IMG/VR virus record: IMGVR_UViG_3300042464_001105
Coordinates: 24,178-88,177 of that record
Source of the DNA: a virus
Strand: one strand, 5' to 3'
Length of the DNA stretch: 64,000 bases
Of this stretch, positions 48,116 through 58,690 are shown piece by piece. The translations under genes were made by a program, and so were the position numbers. Positions within the stretch are counted from its first letter, which is position 1. Every line of letters begins with the position of its first letter. Below the pieces are notes generated by a model. That model searched no databases, was not told the origin of the DNA, and worked only from the letters and a program-made list of their open reading frames with translations.

Positions 48116-50650
48116 ATGTCTTCAGTCGAAAATCCAAAATCGAAAATCCAAAATGCCTTGGAACGTCTCTTCAAGAAGCATCGAATCGTCTTTTGGTACG
48201 ACGAGGAAGAATCGCTGCGCGGAGACTTCGACGCCATTAGCCTTCCAGGAGTAGAGAAGGTGGAAATCGCAAACAATGAGTTTGGTCTCAAATATCGCCT
48301 GCTGCGCGAGCAAGCAGCACAAAAATTCTTGGTTTTCAAATCCGGTCCTCAGCCGGAAGATCGCGATAACTGGCTGCTCGATGTCCAGCTTGCTCATACC
48401 GACTTCCGAACCGACAAAGCCTCTCTGTGGCTAACTGAGCTCGAGTTGCCGTACGAGTTTCGTCCGATCGTAAATTGCCATGAGTTCTTCTTTAACAGTG
48501 CCAAACGGCGCGATCAACTGAAAGATCAAGTTACCAAGACCGATACGACGACGCAGATTTGCATCAAAATGCTCAGCGTTTGCGCCGACAGCGATTCTAG
48601 AATCGATAGCGTTCTGGAGAACCTGCTAGAAGAGCTGGCGTCGGATTCAGCACTCAAGCGTTACGAGTTGATCACCAAATGTGGACTCGAGCCGTTTCTG
48701 TGGGAGCAAGTTCAGAAGACGTACAACTACGAAAGTGCTGCACCTTCAGTAAAAGACTTCGCTCTCTCTCTTTTCAAATCCTGCTACGAAATGGAGTTTG
48801 GAACGGACCAACCCAAAATCCAGAATCCAAAATCGAAAATGACCAACGAGGCTTTGGTATTCCTCAAACGTTGGAAGGATTCTCGCACTCACGAAAAGAC
48901 ATTTGAGACTCTTTCGGACCGATTCTCCGAAGTTCTGGGCATCCACAACGATCTCGAAAGTCGCGAACTAAAGCAACTCGCTGAGGTGGACTACTTCCGC
49001 CTAATCGATCAACGCGTACTGAGTGAACTAGCAAGCAAAGTCCTTGGACGCACGATCTCAGCCGGCGAATGTACGCAGGTCATCCGTTCGCGTCGCCGCG
49101 GGCATTGGTATCGTGAGTATGCAGACCTTTACGAGGCGGTTGGGTATGCGGCCGAATTGTTGCACATGCTAAACACTCTGTCGCTCGATTTGAGTTCGGT
49201 TGAACAAGGAGTTGCAGCCTACGTCGGCTCGCTTTACAAAGTCGATCAACTTTATCGCAAGTTCATCTATCACAGCGTGCGTGCAGGCCAAGCGACGTTC
49301 TTTGGCCCGTTGAACCAACAGGTTTGTAAGATGTACACCAATTCATTCCTGCTTCCACTCGGTGACCGATGGCAGGAATTGGTGGATAAGCTCGAGCGTT
49401 GGTCGTTGCCTGGCCAGCGACATCAAACCGATTTCTACAAGAGCTATGTCGGGCGAGTGCTGGACAAGAACAATAAGGTCTATGTGATCATCTCGGATGC
49501 GATGCGTTTCGAGATTGGTGAAGAATTGTGTCGGCTGATTCGTGGCGAGGACAAGTTTGAGGCCAAGATCGAGCACATGATTTCCGTTTTGCCTAGCTAT
49601 ACGCAGCTTGGCATGGCAGCACTTCTTCCCCACTCAGAGCTGCAGATTAACGCTGACAAGACACCCACTGTCAACTTGAATGGCCAGTCATCTTCCGGCA
49701 CTGTGAATCGGGACAAGATCCTGAAGGCAGCCAACAAGGGAAGCGCTTTGGCGATCAAAGCAGACGAGATGATTGCCAAGACCAAGGAAGAGGTCCGCGA
49801 ACTCGTGCGAGACCACGATGTGATCTACGTTTATCAGAACATCATCGATAAACGAGGTCATACACGTGATACGGAACGCAAAGCCTTCGAGGCAACCGAA
49901 GAAGCGATGGAGGAGATCGTCAAGCTAGTTCGCAAGTTGACCAGCGCAAATGCGACCAACGTGGTGATCACGGCAGATCACGGCTTTATCTACCAGGACG
50001 AAGTGGAAGAGAGCGATTTCAGCTCTGCGGAGATCACCGGTAACGAGACGGCGTCAGATCGACGGTTCATGCTAGGACGCCAACTCAAAATCAATGGTGG
50101 TGCGAAGCTCTATACTTCAGCGGAACTCGGCCTCAAAGGAAACTTGGAAGTTGCTGTCCCCAAGTCCATCAACCGTCTCCGCAAAAGTGGAGCGAGTGTT
50201 CGATTCATGCACGGCGGAAGCACACTGCAAGAAATCGTGATTCCGGTGATCCAGATTCGAAAACGGCGAGCAGCGGATGTAAGCGCCGTCGACGTCGATT
50301 TATTGCCACCAACAACTAGTGTGATCTCGACTGGGCAGTTGGCACTCGTGTTTTATCAAACGGCTCCGATTACTGAAAAGGTCCAAGCGAGAAAGCTGCG
50401 GATCGGATTATATGCCGGCGACGGGGAACTCATTTCAGATAGTCACGAGATCAGCTTCGATTTGTTGAGCGAGAACCCTCGTGAACGAGAACTCAAGCTG
50501 CGTCTGGTGCTCTCCAAGATTGCTGACTCTTATAACCAGCAACAAGTTGTCCTCAAGCTGGAGGAAGTAGTTGCTGGTACGACCCATTACCAGGAATACA
50601 AAACAGTGCCGTTTACTTTAAGACGTTCTTTCACTAGTGATTTTGATTGA
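48116..50650 (+). CDS. pglZ: PglZ (BrxZ) phosphatase-fold protein
   Basis: RIVFWYD, VIISDAMRFE, LPSYTQLGMAALLP, ITADHGF, HGG.TLQE. Confidence 0.95.
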   Translation: MSSVENPKSKIQNALERLFKKHRIVFWYDEEESLRGDFDAISLPGVEKVEIANNEFGLKYRLLREQAAQKFLVFKSGPQPEDRDNWLLDVQLAHTDFRTDKASLWLTELELPYEFRPIVNCHEFFFNSAKRRDQLKDQVTKTDTTTQICIKMLSVCADSDSRIDSVLENLLEELASDSALKRYELITKCGLEPFLWEQVQKTYNYESAAPSVKDFALSLFKSCYEMEFGTDQPKIQNPKSKMTNEALVFLKRWKDSRTHEKTFETLSDRFSEVLGIHNDLESRELKQLAEVDYFRLIDQRVLSELASKVLGRTISAGECTQVIRSRRRGHWYREYADLYEAVGYAAELLHMLNTLSLDLSSVEQGVAAYVGSLYKVDQLYRKFIYHSVRAGQATFFGPLNQQVCKMYTNSFLLPLGDRWQELVDKLERWSLPGQRHQTDFYKSYVGRVLDKNNKVYVIISDAMRFEIGEELCRLIRGEDKFEAKIEHMISVLPSYTQLGMAALLPHSELQINADKTPTVNLNGQSSSGTVNRDKILKAANKGSALAIKADEMIAKTKEEVRELVRDHDVIYVYQNIIDKRGHTRDTERKAFEATEEAMEEIVKLVRKLTSANATNVVITADHGFIYQDEVEESDFSSAEITGNETASDRRFMLGRQLKINGGAKLYTSAELGLKGNLEVAVPKSINRLRKSGASVRFMHGGSTLQEIVIPVIQIRKRRAADVSAVDVDLLPPTTSVISTGQLALVFYQTAPITEKVQARKLRIGLYAGDGELISDSHEISFDLLSENPRERELKLRLVLSKIADSYNQQQVVLKLEEVVAGTTHYQEYKTVPFTLRRSFTSDFD

Positions 50651-50762
50651 TCCTCCGCGCTAAGCCGTCAAGAATTTCTCGGCTTAGTTCGAAATTGTAA
50701 TCAGGTTAGATTGGTGAATCGGATCAGAAAGCAAAGCTAGAAGTAGGAACAAGGGAAATACA

Positions 50763-52835
50763 ATGACTCCACTCGACATCAAAATCAACGAGCATTTTGG
50801 CGGGCTGGTCGTTCGCAAAAATCTGGTAAAGACAGTGAAAGGCAATGCGATCGTCCCGTCCTATGTTCTTGAGTATTTGCTGGGCCAATACTGCGCGACG
50901 GCTGATGAGGGTTCCATTCAGACGGGTATCGAGACGGTCAAGGATATCCTAGCGAAGCACTACGTGCATCGGAGTGAGGCTGGGCTAGTTCGATCTCAGA
51001 TCCGGGAAAAGAAGCTCCGCAAGATCATCGATCGCGTGAGTGTCGATCTCAACGACAAGGAAGACGTGTACCAAGCAACCTTCGCCAACTTGGGGATCAA
51101 CAAGGTCGCTGTACCTGCCAGTACGATCAAGAAACACCAAAAGCTCTTGGTGGGTGGTGTTTGGTGTATCGCGGACTTGGATTATCAACACGACGAAGAG
51201 CAGAAGACGGTTCCGTGGATTCTCGAATCGCTCAAGCCCATTCAGTTGTCGCATTTCGACTTCGACAGCTACGTTGCCAGCAGAGCTCAATTCAGCACGG
51301 ACGACTGGATTGACACGCTCATTCAAAGCATAGGTTTCAATCCAGAGTGTTTTGGTCGGAGAAGTAAGCTACTGCAACTGGTTAGACTGATCCCATTCTG
51401 TGAGCGGAACTACAATATCATTGAGCTTGGGCCGAAGGGGACAGGCAAGTCGCACGTTTACTCTGAATTCTCACCGCACGGGATGTTGATTTCAGGCGGG
51501 GAGGTAACGGTTCCAAAACTGTTCGTGGAGAACCGAGCGCCTTACAAAATCGGGCTTGTTGGTTACTGGGACTGCGTCGCCTTTGACGAGTTCGCTGGAA
51601 AGAGCAAACGCGTCGACAAGGCACTTGTGGATATCATGAAGAACTACATGGCCAACAAGTCATTTTCGCGTGGTATCGAGACGCTTGGTGCAGAGGCGTC
51701 GATGGCCTTTGTTGGAAACACGCAACACACCGTGGCCCACATGTTGCGTCACAGCGATTTATTCGACGAACTACCGCCCAATTACCACGACTCGGCATTT
51801 TTGGATCGAATCCACTTCTATATCCCCGGCTGGGAAGTCGATATCATTCGAGGTGAGATGTTCACCTCTGGATTCGGTTTCGTTGTCGATTATCTGGCAG
51901 AAGTTCTGCGGAGCCAGCGAAACTTCGATTACTCGCATCTCTATGCGGATCACTTCAGTTTGTCAGAAGACATTTCGACGCGAGATCGGGATGCGATCCA
52001 CAAGACTTTTTCAGGGCTGATGAAGATTCTCTATCCGCATAAACAGGCAACGGTTGAGGAAATTGAAGAAGTTCTTCGTTTTGCGATCGAGGGCCGGAAA
52101 CGTGTGAAAGATCAGCTCATGCGAATCGATCAAACCTACGCGGCAGTGCGATTCTCATTCACTTCTCGCGGTGGCCAGGAGCATCTGGTTCAGACGCTTG
52201 AGGAGGAACAGTATCCCAAGATCTATCACAAGCACGCGAATACTGAGGATGCTGGTCCACAAGAGGTAGCCATTGAACTTCCTGCTGCTACCTCAATCGA
52301 AAAGTCCGAATCTCCAATCCAGAATCCAAAATCGGAAATCGCAAATCCCACGGAAGGGCATGTGGAGATTAAAGAAAATCAGAAGGGCGTTAGCTTCGAC
52401 GACTTGTTTGGTCCTTACCTGCGAGGCTCTTCGAAAATCGTAGTAACGGATGCCTACATACGGAACTTCCACCAAGCCAAGAACCTGATGGACTTCCTCG
52501 AAACCGTATTCAAAACGATGGATGAAGCTGGTGATATGGAAGTGCATTTGATCACCTGCCAGGACGAGTTCCGGACTGATCAACAAGAAGACTTCTTCAC
52601 TCAGATGCAAAAGAACTGCATACGCGTCGGCATCAAGTTCACTTGGGAGTACGACAGCACGATACACGCCAGGCATATCGTGACGGACCATGGCTGGAAG
52701 ATTCTACTCGATCGAGGCCTAGACGTTTTCCAGCCGTTCGACAGCAAAGATGCGTTTTCACTGGCGGCGAGACTCCAGAGCCAACGTCTTTGCAAGAAGT
52801 TTGAGGTTACTTATTTGAGAACGCCAATCGGTTAG
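50763..52835 (+). CDS. brxL: BrxL, variant with C-terminal MIT_C/PLD-like domain instead of a Lon protease domain
   Basis: VPSYVLEYLLG, ELGPKGTGKSH, AFDE, DSAFLDR; C-terminal DAYIR...IHARHI..D.GW...LDRGLD. Confidence 0.9.
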   Translation: MTPLDIKINEHFGGLVVRKNLVKTVKGNAIVPSYVLEYLLGQYCATADEGSIQTGIETVKDILAKHYVHRSEAGLVRSQIREKKLRKIIDRVSVDLNDKEDVYQATFANLGINKVAVPASTIKKHQKLLVGGVWCIADLDYQHDEEQKTVPWILESLKPIQLSHFDFDSYVASRAQFSTDDWIDTLIQSIGFNPECFGRRSKLLQLVRLIPFCERNYNIIELGPKGTGKSHVYSEFSPHGMLISGGEVTVPKLFVENRAPYKIGLVGYWDCVAFDEFAGKSKRVDKALVDIMKNYMANKSFSRGIETLGAEASMAFVGNTQHTVAHMLRHSDLFDELPPNYHDSAFLDRIHFYIPGWEVDIIRGEMFTSGFGFVVDYLAEVLRSQRNFDYSHLYADHFSLSEDISTRDRDAIHKTFSGLMKILYPHKQATVEEIEEVLRFAIEGRKRVKDQLMRIDQTYAAVRFSFTSRGGQEHLVQTLEEEQYPKIYHKHANTEDAGPQEVAIELPAATSIEKSESPIQNPKSEIANPTEGHVEIKENQKGVSFDDLFGPYLRGSSKIVVTDAYIRNFHQAKNLMDFLETVFKTMDEAGDMEVHLITCQDEFRTDQQEDFFTQMQKNCIRVGIKFTWEYDSTIHARHIVTDHGWKILLDRGLDVFQPFDSKDAFSLAARLQSQRLCKKFEVTYLRTPIG

Positions 52836-52888
52836 GTGACGGATACCTATCCAACACCTGCTTGGTATGACGTTCACAAATTGCGTTG

Positions 52889-53821
52889 CTACGTTGCTCC
52901 ATTGCCAACAATTTCAATCGATCGGATTCGACGGTAACGAGTCGAATTCAATTGAAGATCATCCCATCTCGATTGGTGAACTTCTGGAGAAAGCCATGAA
53001 ACATCAGTCGTTGCATCTCGCTCCGAGTCGTCGAGACCGTGCTCGAAATTCAATGCCGCTAGTTCTGTCATAACGTAACGTGCATGCATGATTTCCTTCC
53101 CGGGTATTTCATCCCAAAGAACGATTTTCATTTGAAACCCACTTGGCAGTTGTTCTGGCAGTCTCGTTCTGCAATCCTTGTCGAAACGATGCGACCACGC
53201 ATCTGCGGTATCCGTAGGGGACTGTTTAACCTGATTTAAGTTAATTTTGCAATGACACTCGAATCGCTCCGGTTTCTTTCCATCATGGATTGAATGCTTT
53301 ACAATTTGAGCAAGTGATTCGTGATAGCGAGCTTTTTTCGGATCAAAATACGGATCTAGCAAAACGATCTCCTTGCTAATTCTCAATAGAGGAGCAGCTA
53401 TGTTTCCGATTGACACTGCATCAATTGGTATTCGGTCGCCCCTTTTGGACTTCCAAGGATCGGTGTCTACAGACAGATCATTGAGCGATATTCGAGCTGG
53501 AAAAATCTCTTTCTCGGTTACTACTGCCTTAAATGGTTGAGACTTATGCTGCTCAAGGGTAGCCTCAATCCAGTCTGGGCAGTTACTTACGCGAGAAGGA
53601 ATCAACCCGTGGCGTCTTTTGCACTGAGTAAGTAGTTCTTCAGCACGTCGCGCTCTGTTTGGATCTTTGGCACGAAGCCATTTGAAAACCACTTCTTCCC
53701 AACGCCGTGATGGCAGATTGGCAATATACCTCCCTTCGGAGATTCCGCATGCTTCGATAATTCTTTGAAACTGTTCAACCGATTCAAAAATCTCTGGGTC
53801 AAGAGAGTATTCTAGTAACAT
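52889..53821 (-). CDS. Hypothetical protein with PLD/MIT_C-like motifs
   Basis: IVLLDPYF and MHARYVMT...FEHGLD; starts 1 bp after the ATPase stop. Confidence 0.65.
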   Translation of the reverse strand: MLLEYSLDPEIFESVEQFQRIIEACGISEGRYIANLPSRRWEEVVFKWLRAKDPNRARRAEELLTQCKRRHGLIPSRVSNCPDWIEATLEQHKSQPFKAVVTEKEIFPARISLNDLSVDTDPWKSKRGDRIPIDAVSIGNIAAPLLRISKEIVLLDPYFDPKKARYHESLAQIVKHSIHDGKKPERFECHCKINLNQVKQSPTDTADAWSHRFDKDCRTRLPEQLPSGFQMKIVLWDEIPGKEIMHARYVMTELAALNFEHGLDDSERDATTDVSWLSPEVHQSRWDDLQLNSTRYRRIRSIEIVGNGAT

Positions 53822-53822
53822 C

Positions 53823-55481
53823 CTAAAGAACCTCGTCCATACGTTCGTCAAAAAAGCCTTCTGGCCATCCTCCGATTAGGTCGCCTGAATTAGAAATGGG
53901 TAAGCATCTAAACTTGGTTCCTTCGTCATCGCTTTCTACAGCGTAAATTCTCAAGTCCTGAGAATTTAGGCGAGGCGCACTAGAATCGCCAGGAATCTTC
54001 GAGGCTTTCGTTTCTCGAATTCGACGTAACATGCGAAGTAGCAAGAGTTCACTGTGTGTTTCTATAACTATGGTTCTCTCTTCAGAATGTACGCCCACTC
54101 GAGGCTCGAACCATCTAGAGAGCCTACCCGTTTGGCTAGCGAAAAGATCTCCCAGCATTGCTTGCTGTTTCGGGTGAAGGTGCAATTCAGGTTGTTCAAC
54201 AAACAAAATTGGTAAGGATTGCTCCTGAGCAGCGACAATTACCGGAATGACTTGCGAAATACCGACCCCCACGTCTTCTAACGATACTAACGTGTCGGTC
54301 CGCGTATCACGAAGCACGATTTCGAGATTTCGCTGTACAGCCCCCTTTGGATCGCCGCCAGTCCACCAATTCTCGCACGTCGTCCAAATGCCGAGGCGCT
54401 GGACGACATATGGGGCTGAGAGTAGATCTCGGAGATCCAATTCCCAGCTCCTCCAACGCATATCGCCTTTGTGCACCATTAGCCCCACTTTTGGATTTTC
54501 TTCCAAGATGCATTGCCATGCAGCTTGTCCGCGAAACCATGAAAGGCTATTTGTCTTAAACGAGAATCGACGGGACCGTTCAGGAATTTCACGAATAGGT
54601 CCCAAATGGCCTAAGGATGAAAGCAATCGAATCGTATGTTTGGTCGAATCGACAATCACTTGGACGAAGAATTGACTGAAGCGACTAAACAATACAGAAC
54701 GGTAATAATCCTGAATATCATCGATTGTAGTTGTGTCGTCGTCATCGAGAGAACACATCGTTATCATAGATCTGGGTGTCAAGATTGCGCCGAGTGAATC
54801 TAAAACGACTCCGTTCCCGTAGCTCTCATCTTCTGGGTCGATCTCAAATCGTTGCTTGTCATATCCACACTTTTCCGCAATGAGACTTGCGACTGACTTA
54901 TCGGCTATACGTGCGAAGGCGGGGTGTTCGAGATTGATGCTGCACAAATTTGCAACAGTTCCCTCGTCATCACCACTCCAGGAACATCCGGTGGCTTGAC
55001 TTCCGACAAGCGAAACGCCGTTGATGTACAGAAAGACTTTCTCCACAAGCGGATGAACAATTCCGTCGACAGGACGGAAATGTGTACCCACGACTATTTC
55101 GATTCCTATCGACTTCACTCCCTGAATAAGCGGGCCGTTGATGTCGATCCCTGTCAATCGTTTCAATTCTGCTATACTGGCTGGGAGAATATCATTATCT
55201 GTAACCCGAAAATCCGCACGTATTCGGATCTTGCGGCTTTCGTCGTCGTGACCATGAACGAGGTTTGCAAATCCGCCAAGGCGGAGCTCCCCGTTTGTCG
55301 CACGTACTTCGTCGACATCGCCATTTCCCGTTTCCAGAATCTCACGCAAATAATGGAGAGCGTGAATTATTGTACTTTTCCCAGAGCTATTTGCCCCAAA
55401 TATCAACGTCAGCGGTGCAAACTCAATTCGTTGTGTTTCACCAATTCCCTTGAAGTTTTCGATTTCGATTGCCGTTATCAT
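53823..55481 (-). CDS. ABC-type ATPase (AAA_21-like, DUF3696-like C-terminus)
   Basis: IENFKG, GANSSGKS, VGVGISQVIP, VEQPELHLHP, IETHSE, WPEGFFD. Confidence 0.9.
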   Translation of the reverse strand: MITAIEIENFKGIGETQRIEFAPLTLIFGANSSGKSTIIHALHYLREILETGNGDVDEVRATNGELRLGGFANLVHGHDDESRKIRIRADFRVTDNDILPASIAELKRLTGIDINGPLIQGVKSIGIEIVVGTHFRPVDGIVHPLVEKVFLYINGVSLVGSQATGCSWSGDDEGTVANLCSINLEHPAFARIADKSVASLIAEKCGYDKQRFEIDPEDESYGNGVVLDSLGAILTPRSMITMCSLDDDDTTTIDDIQDYYRSVLFSRFSQFFVQVIVDSTKHTIRLLSSLGHLGPIREIPERSRRFSFKTNSLSWFRGQAAWQCILEENPKVGLMVHKGDMRWRSWELDLRDLLSAPYVVQRLGIWTTCENWWTGGDPKGAVQRNLEIVLRDTRTDTLVSLEDVGVGISQVIPVIVAAQEQSLPILFVEQPELHLHPKQQAMLGDLFASQTGRLSRWFEPRVGVHSEERTIVIETHSELLLLRMLRRIRETKASKIPGDSSAPRLNSQDLRIYAVESDDEGTKFRCLPISNSGDLIGGWPEGFFDERMDEVL

Positions 55482-55596
55482 TTTTCATTCCTCATGCTGC
55501 AACCCAATAAGTGGGCTGCTTGGGGTTGGATTGTAATGGATGCTAGGTATTCACCGCGAGTACGGCATTGCTAGGGAAGCTTGTAAATTGGTTCGA

Positions 55597-56271
55597 TCAG
55601 AATTTGGGTATAGAAATCGATGGTCCATCGCAGAACCACCAAGTTTCGCGGCAGTAAACTCGAGCCAATTTCTCGCTGTTGAGCGAGATTGCCGCCTTAC
55701 AAGTCATGGTTACGAACAATGGCTGTAATCCATCATTGGCCAAGTCGCATAGTGCGTTGACGATGATCTGTGGGCGGTCGTGCGTGCGCCCGTTGCCCAA
55801 CCGCATGGTCCGGGCGTGATGGACCATGCAAGTTGGGTCGAGCAACACAACCATCGAAGTGGGTTCCACTTCATTGACGTTGGAATTCTCTTGCGAGATT
55901 TTGGACAATGCCTCGACCGACGTGAAAATGAGACTACCGACCTGCCACGTAACTGGGGGATTCTTGGACCGGTCACATTTACCTGCATCGCATAGCATGT
56001 CGTAGATGTACGCACCAGCATCCTTGCTGGAATAGACAATCGCGATGCGACCAAGGTCATGCTTGTCCGCTAGCGGGATTATGCGCCCTAGCATTGTTTC
56101 TAACCTAAGGAATTTTTCGAACAGCAACCCAACGTTGTCTTCCCGTAGCGAACGAACGGTATCTGCATCCATATGGAGACGGCCAAGAAACTTATCTCCT
56201 TGACGCGAGATTCGGTCGACTGAAAACATAGATTGGGCTCTTACAGGACTTTGCGCTTCACACAGCAACAT
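55597..56271 (-). CDS. Hypothetical protein coupled to the helicase
   Basis: GAGGA SD; ATG 56271 lies within the last codons of the helicase gene. Confidence 0.6.
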   Translation of the reverse strand: MLLCEAQSPVRAQSMFSVDRISRQGDKFLGRLHMDADTVRSLREDNVGLLFEKFLRLETMLGRIIPLADKHDLGRIAIVYSSKDAGAYIYDMLCDAGKCDRSKNPPVTWQVGSLIFTSVEALSKISQENSNVNEVEPTSMVVLLDPTCMVHHARTMRLGNGRTHDRPQIIVNALCDLANDGLQPLFVTMTCKAAISLNSEKLARVYCRETWWFCDGPSISIPKF

Positions 56272-58690
56272 GGTTTGGCTCCTCAATTCGATTGCCACAG
56301 TTTGAACAGAACTTTGCGGATGCCGACACGAGTGCTTGGCACTTCGGGCACTCGACTTCAGTCGACATAGACTCGATTCCCGCGTCCGGCCTTGGGAAGT
56401 GCTTCGTTATTGGTTTCTCGCCATCAAGCATGGCAATCAAGCGATTGACTACGAGCAACGTATCTTGCTTGCTACTTGGCGCTTCTCGCATTGGATCTGC
56501 GATGCATCGAACGCATCCACATTCCACCCCGCAATCGCAGGAGCGAATGCGATCCTCCACTTTCTCGAGCAACGATTTGATGTTGTCGAAAGCTATCGAG
56601 GTGAGATTCACGCCGTCGTACACATTGTCGTATAGGTACAACACAAGATCGCCGGAATTCGATTTCTCAATTCCAGACGAAAAGTCTTGACTATCACAAG
56701 GCCCGGCGACAATTGGAAAGAGGTTGGCCATCAACCGCTCGATCGAGCCTAACACAACTTCAATCCGAGTCGTCATTTGAGCTTGAAGCGAGGCGACCAA
56801 TCCGGAACGCAATGCTAGTGCGACTCCTTCGGTGGGTAGATAATGCGTTGGCATTCCAGTACCTGGAGTGACTCGAATCGTTTTCCCGGACGCATCTTTT
56901 TCCGAAACGGATTGTAGGAATTCGTTGACATCGATCCGAGCAACGGAAAGTGTCGCTTGAGAATACTCTCGAACAGAGAGCGGGTATTTCTGGCGGATCT
57001 TTTTCCGAACAAGGGAAACCGTTTCGTTTCGAGTCCGTTCGGGGCGAAGCCTTACGATCTTCCTACCTCGAATGACATCCATCACACGATAGATCATTCC
57101 GTTGTGTCGATAAAGTGATCCTCGAGGTGCTTCACGCAGCAAATGAAAGCTGCCAATTTCTCCCACGGTTTCGTTGTCGCAAACAAGCTGGTAGTTCGAC
57201 TCACCTGTATTACGAATACTGACATCCATGTGAGGATCAGAACTATAGAACTCTGGACGCGATAGTTTGCCATCGTCTCGAAGCTCTTGGATTTTCTGAA
57301 TCGTCGAGCCTAGGATCGAACACTCCAAGGCTGAATCGCCGGATGCCGTTTCGTGGACTGCACAGGCATAGTGCTGGCAAGCAACTCGTTCGTTAGCAAG
57401 ATTGAGGGCAAGTGTTTCGTTATTGCGATTGAATAACTCCTGAGGGTGACGGGCGTAGTGAGCATCTAGAGGTGAATCTCCAGGAATCAAAACAATCGCC
57501 CCTTCACGACCAGCTCGTGCGACTCGTCCTGCTCGTTGCCACAAACTCATCATGGAGTTGGGCAATCCCATGCAAATCACGACGTCGAGGCCGCCAATGT
57601 CGATGCCAAGCTCCAATGCACTTGTCGAGAAAACCAACTTTTTGGAGCCATCTCGCAATTGTGATTCGATTGTCTCTCTTTCGGAGCTCTTAAGGCCAGA
57701 TCGATACACGGCTACATAGTCTTCGAGTTCGCCAGACGGCTTTCTCATCTTGGCGAGCATGCGTTCAGCAGCTACTCGGCTTGGGCAAAACGCCAAGACT
57801 CTCAGGCCTTTTTCAACCAACGAAATGGCCAGCTTGCGTCCAAACTCGAAGTGATGCTCGCTACCACCTACCATCCAGAATTTGCGACGCCCTTGTTTGC
57901 TTCCATCTTGGTCTGCGGCGACGAGTTCGAAATCGTCACCAACAAGTTCGCGAAGGTGCGATTGTGGGTCGGATACCGTTGCGCTTGTCGCAATGAAGCG
58001 AGGATTGGATCCGTGAGCTTGGCAGATCTGTCGTAGCCTACGCAGAATGTAAGATACGTTTGTACCGAAAATACCTCGATACTCATGACACTCGTCGATA
58101 GCAATCAACTTCAGGTTTGCAAAGAATCGAGCCCAATGGGTCGAATGATGTTGCAAAATACCCAAGTGCAACATGTCTGGGTTTGTGATTAGAAATTGAA
58201 CTTGCTCGCGAATCGATTTCCGAGACTCTTGCGTTGTGCTTCCGTCGTACCTGCTTACCAAGTGTGGTTTTGCTTTTTGCATTTGAGCGAGCTCGGGAAC
58301 CTGCTCAATTGCGGAAACGAGCTTGGAATACTGGTCGTTCGCTAACGCTTTTTGCGGGTAAAGGAACAATGCTGTTGCGTCTGAATCACGGCATACCGCA
58401 TCCATTGCAGGTAGTGAAAAGATCAGAGACTTTCCGCTGCTGGTCCTCGTGGCAGCGATTGTGTTGTTGCCATTCAGCACTGACTCGATCGCTTGTTGTT
58501 GATGGGTGTACAGTCCATCTGGAGCTGCAACCGAAAGTAATTCTCTCAAGCTCGAATGAAGTGTTGACTCCGCGAGAGATGCGTACTTGCCTGCACGCGG
58601 TCCATCTGCAGGTTGATCAAAAAACACGGTCGTTCCCTCAATGCTAGAGAGAACACTGGAAACAGATTCGATAACGGAAGTTGTAGTCAT
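56258..58690 (-). CDS. DEAD/DEAH helicase with DUF1998 (MrfA/Hrq1/DrmB-like) and terminal Zn ribbon
   Basis: LYTHQ, TSSGKS, DECH, SAT, ALELGIDIG, QRAGRVAR, LYD...G, C.C..GC..C, C..C...C..C. Confidence 0.92.
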   Translation of the reverse strand: MTTTSVIESVSSVLSSIEGTTVFFDQPADGPRAGKYASLAESTLHSSLRELLSVAAPDGLYTHQQQAIESVLNGNNTIAATRTSSGKSLIFSLPAMDAVCRDSDATALFLYPQKALANDQYSKLVSAIEQVPELAQMQKAKPHLVSRYDGSTTQESRKSIREQVQFLITNPDMLHLGILQHHSTHWARFFANLKLIAIDECHEYRGIFGTNVSYILRRLRQICQAHGSNPRFIATSATVSDPQSHLRELVGDDFELVAADQDGSKQGRRKFWMVGGSEHHFEFGRKLAISLVEKGLRVLAFCPSRVAAERMLAKMRKPSGELEDYVAVYRSGLKSSERETIESQLRDGSKKLVFSTSALELGIDIGGLDVVICMGLPNSMMSLWQRAGRVARAGREGAIVLIPGDSPLDAHYARHPQELFNRNNETLALNLANERVACQHYACAVHETASGDSALECSILGSTIQKIQELRDDGKLSRPEFYSSDPHMDVSIRNTGESNYQLVCDNETVGEIGSFHLLREAPRGSLYRHNGMIYRVMDVIRGRKIVRLRPERTRNETVSLVRKKIRQKYPLSVREYSQATLSVARIDVNEFLQSVSEKDASGKTIRVTPGTGMPTHYLPTEGVALALRSGLVASLQAQMTTRIEVVLGSIERLMANLFPIVAGPCDSQDFSSGIEKSNSGDLVLYLYDNVYDGVNLTSIAFDNIKSLLEKVEDRIRSCDCGVECGCVRCIADPMREAPSSKQDTLLVVNRLIAMLDGEKPITKHFPRPDAGIESMSTEVECPKCQALVSASAKFCSNCGNRIEEPNHVAV

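Noticed and set aside
55499-55519. Hairpin gcaaccca-ataag-tgggctgc as a terminator
   Set aside because: Imperfect stem without a U-tract, immediately upstream of the ATPase start; function unsupported.
56258-58690. DISARM or Druantia system based on the DUF1998 helicase
   Set aside because: The partner genes (DrmA/DrmC/methylase or Dru genes) are not recognisable nearby.
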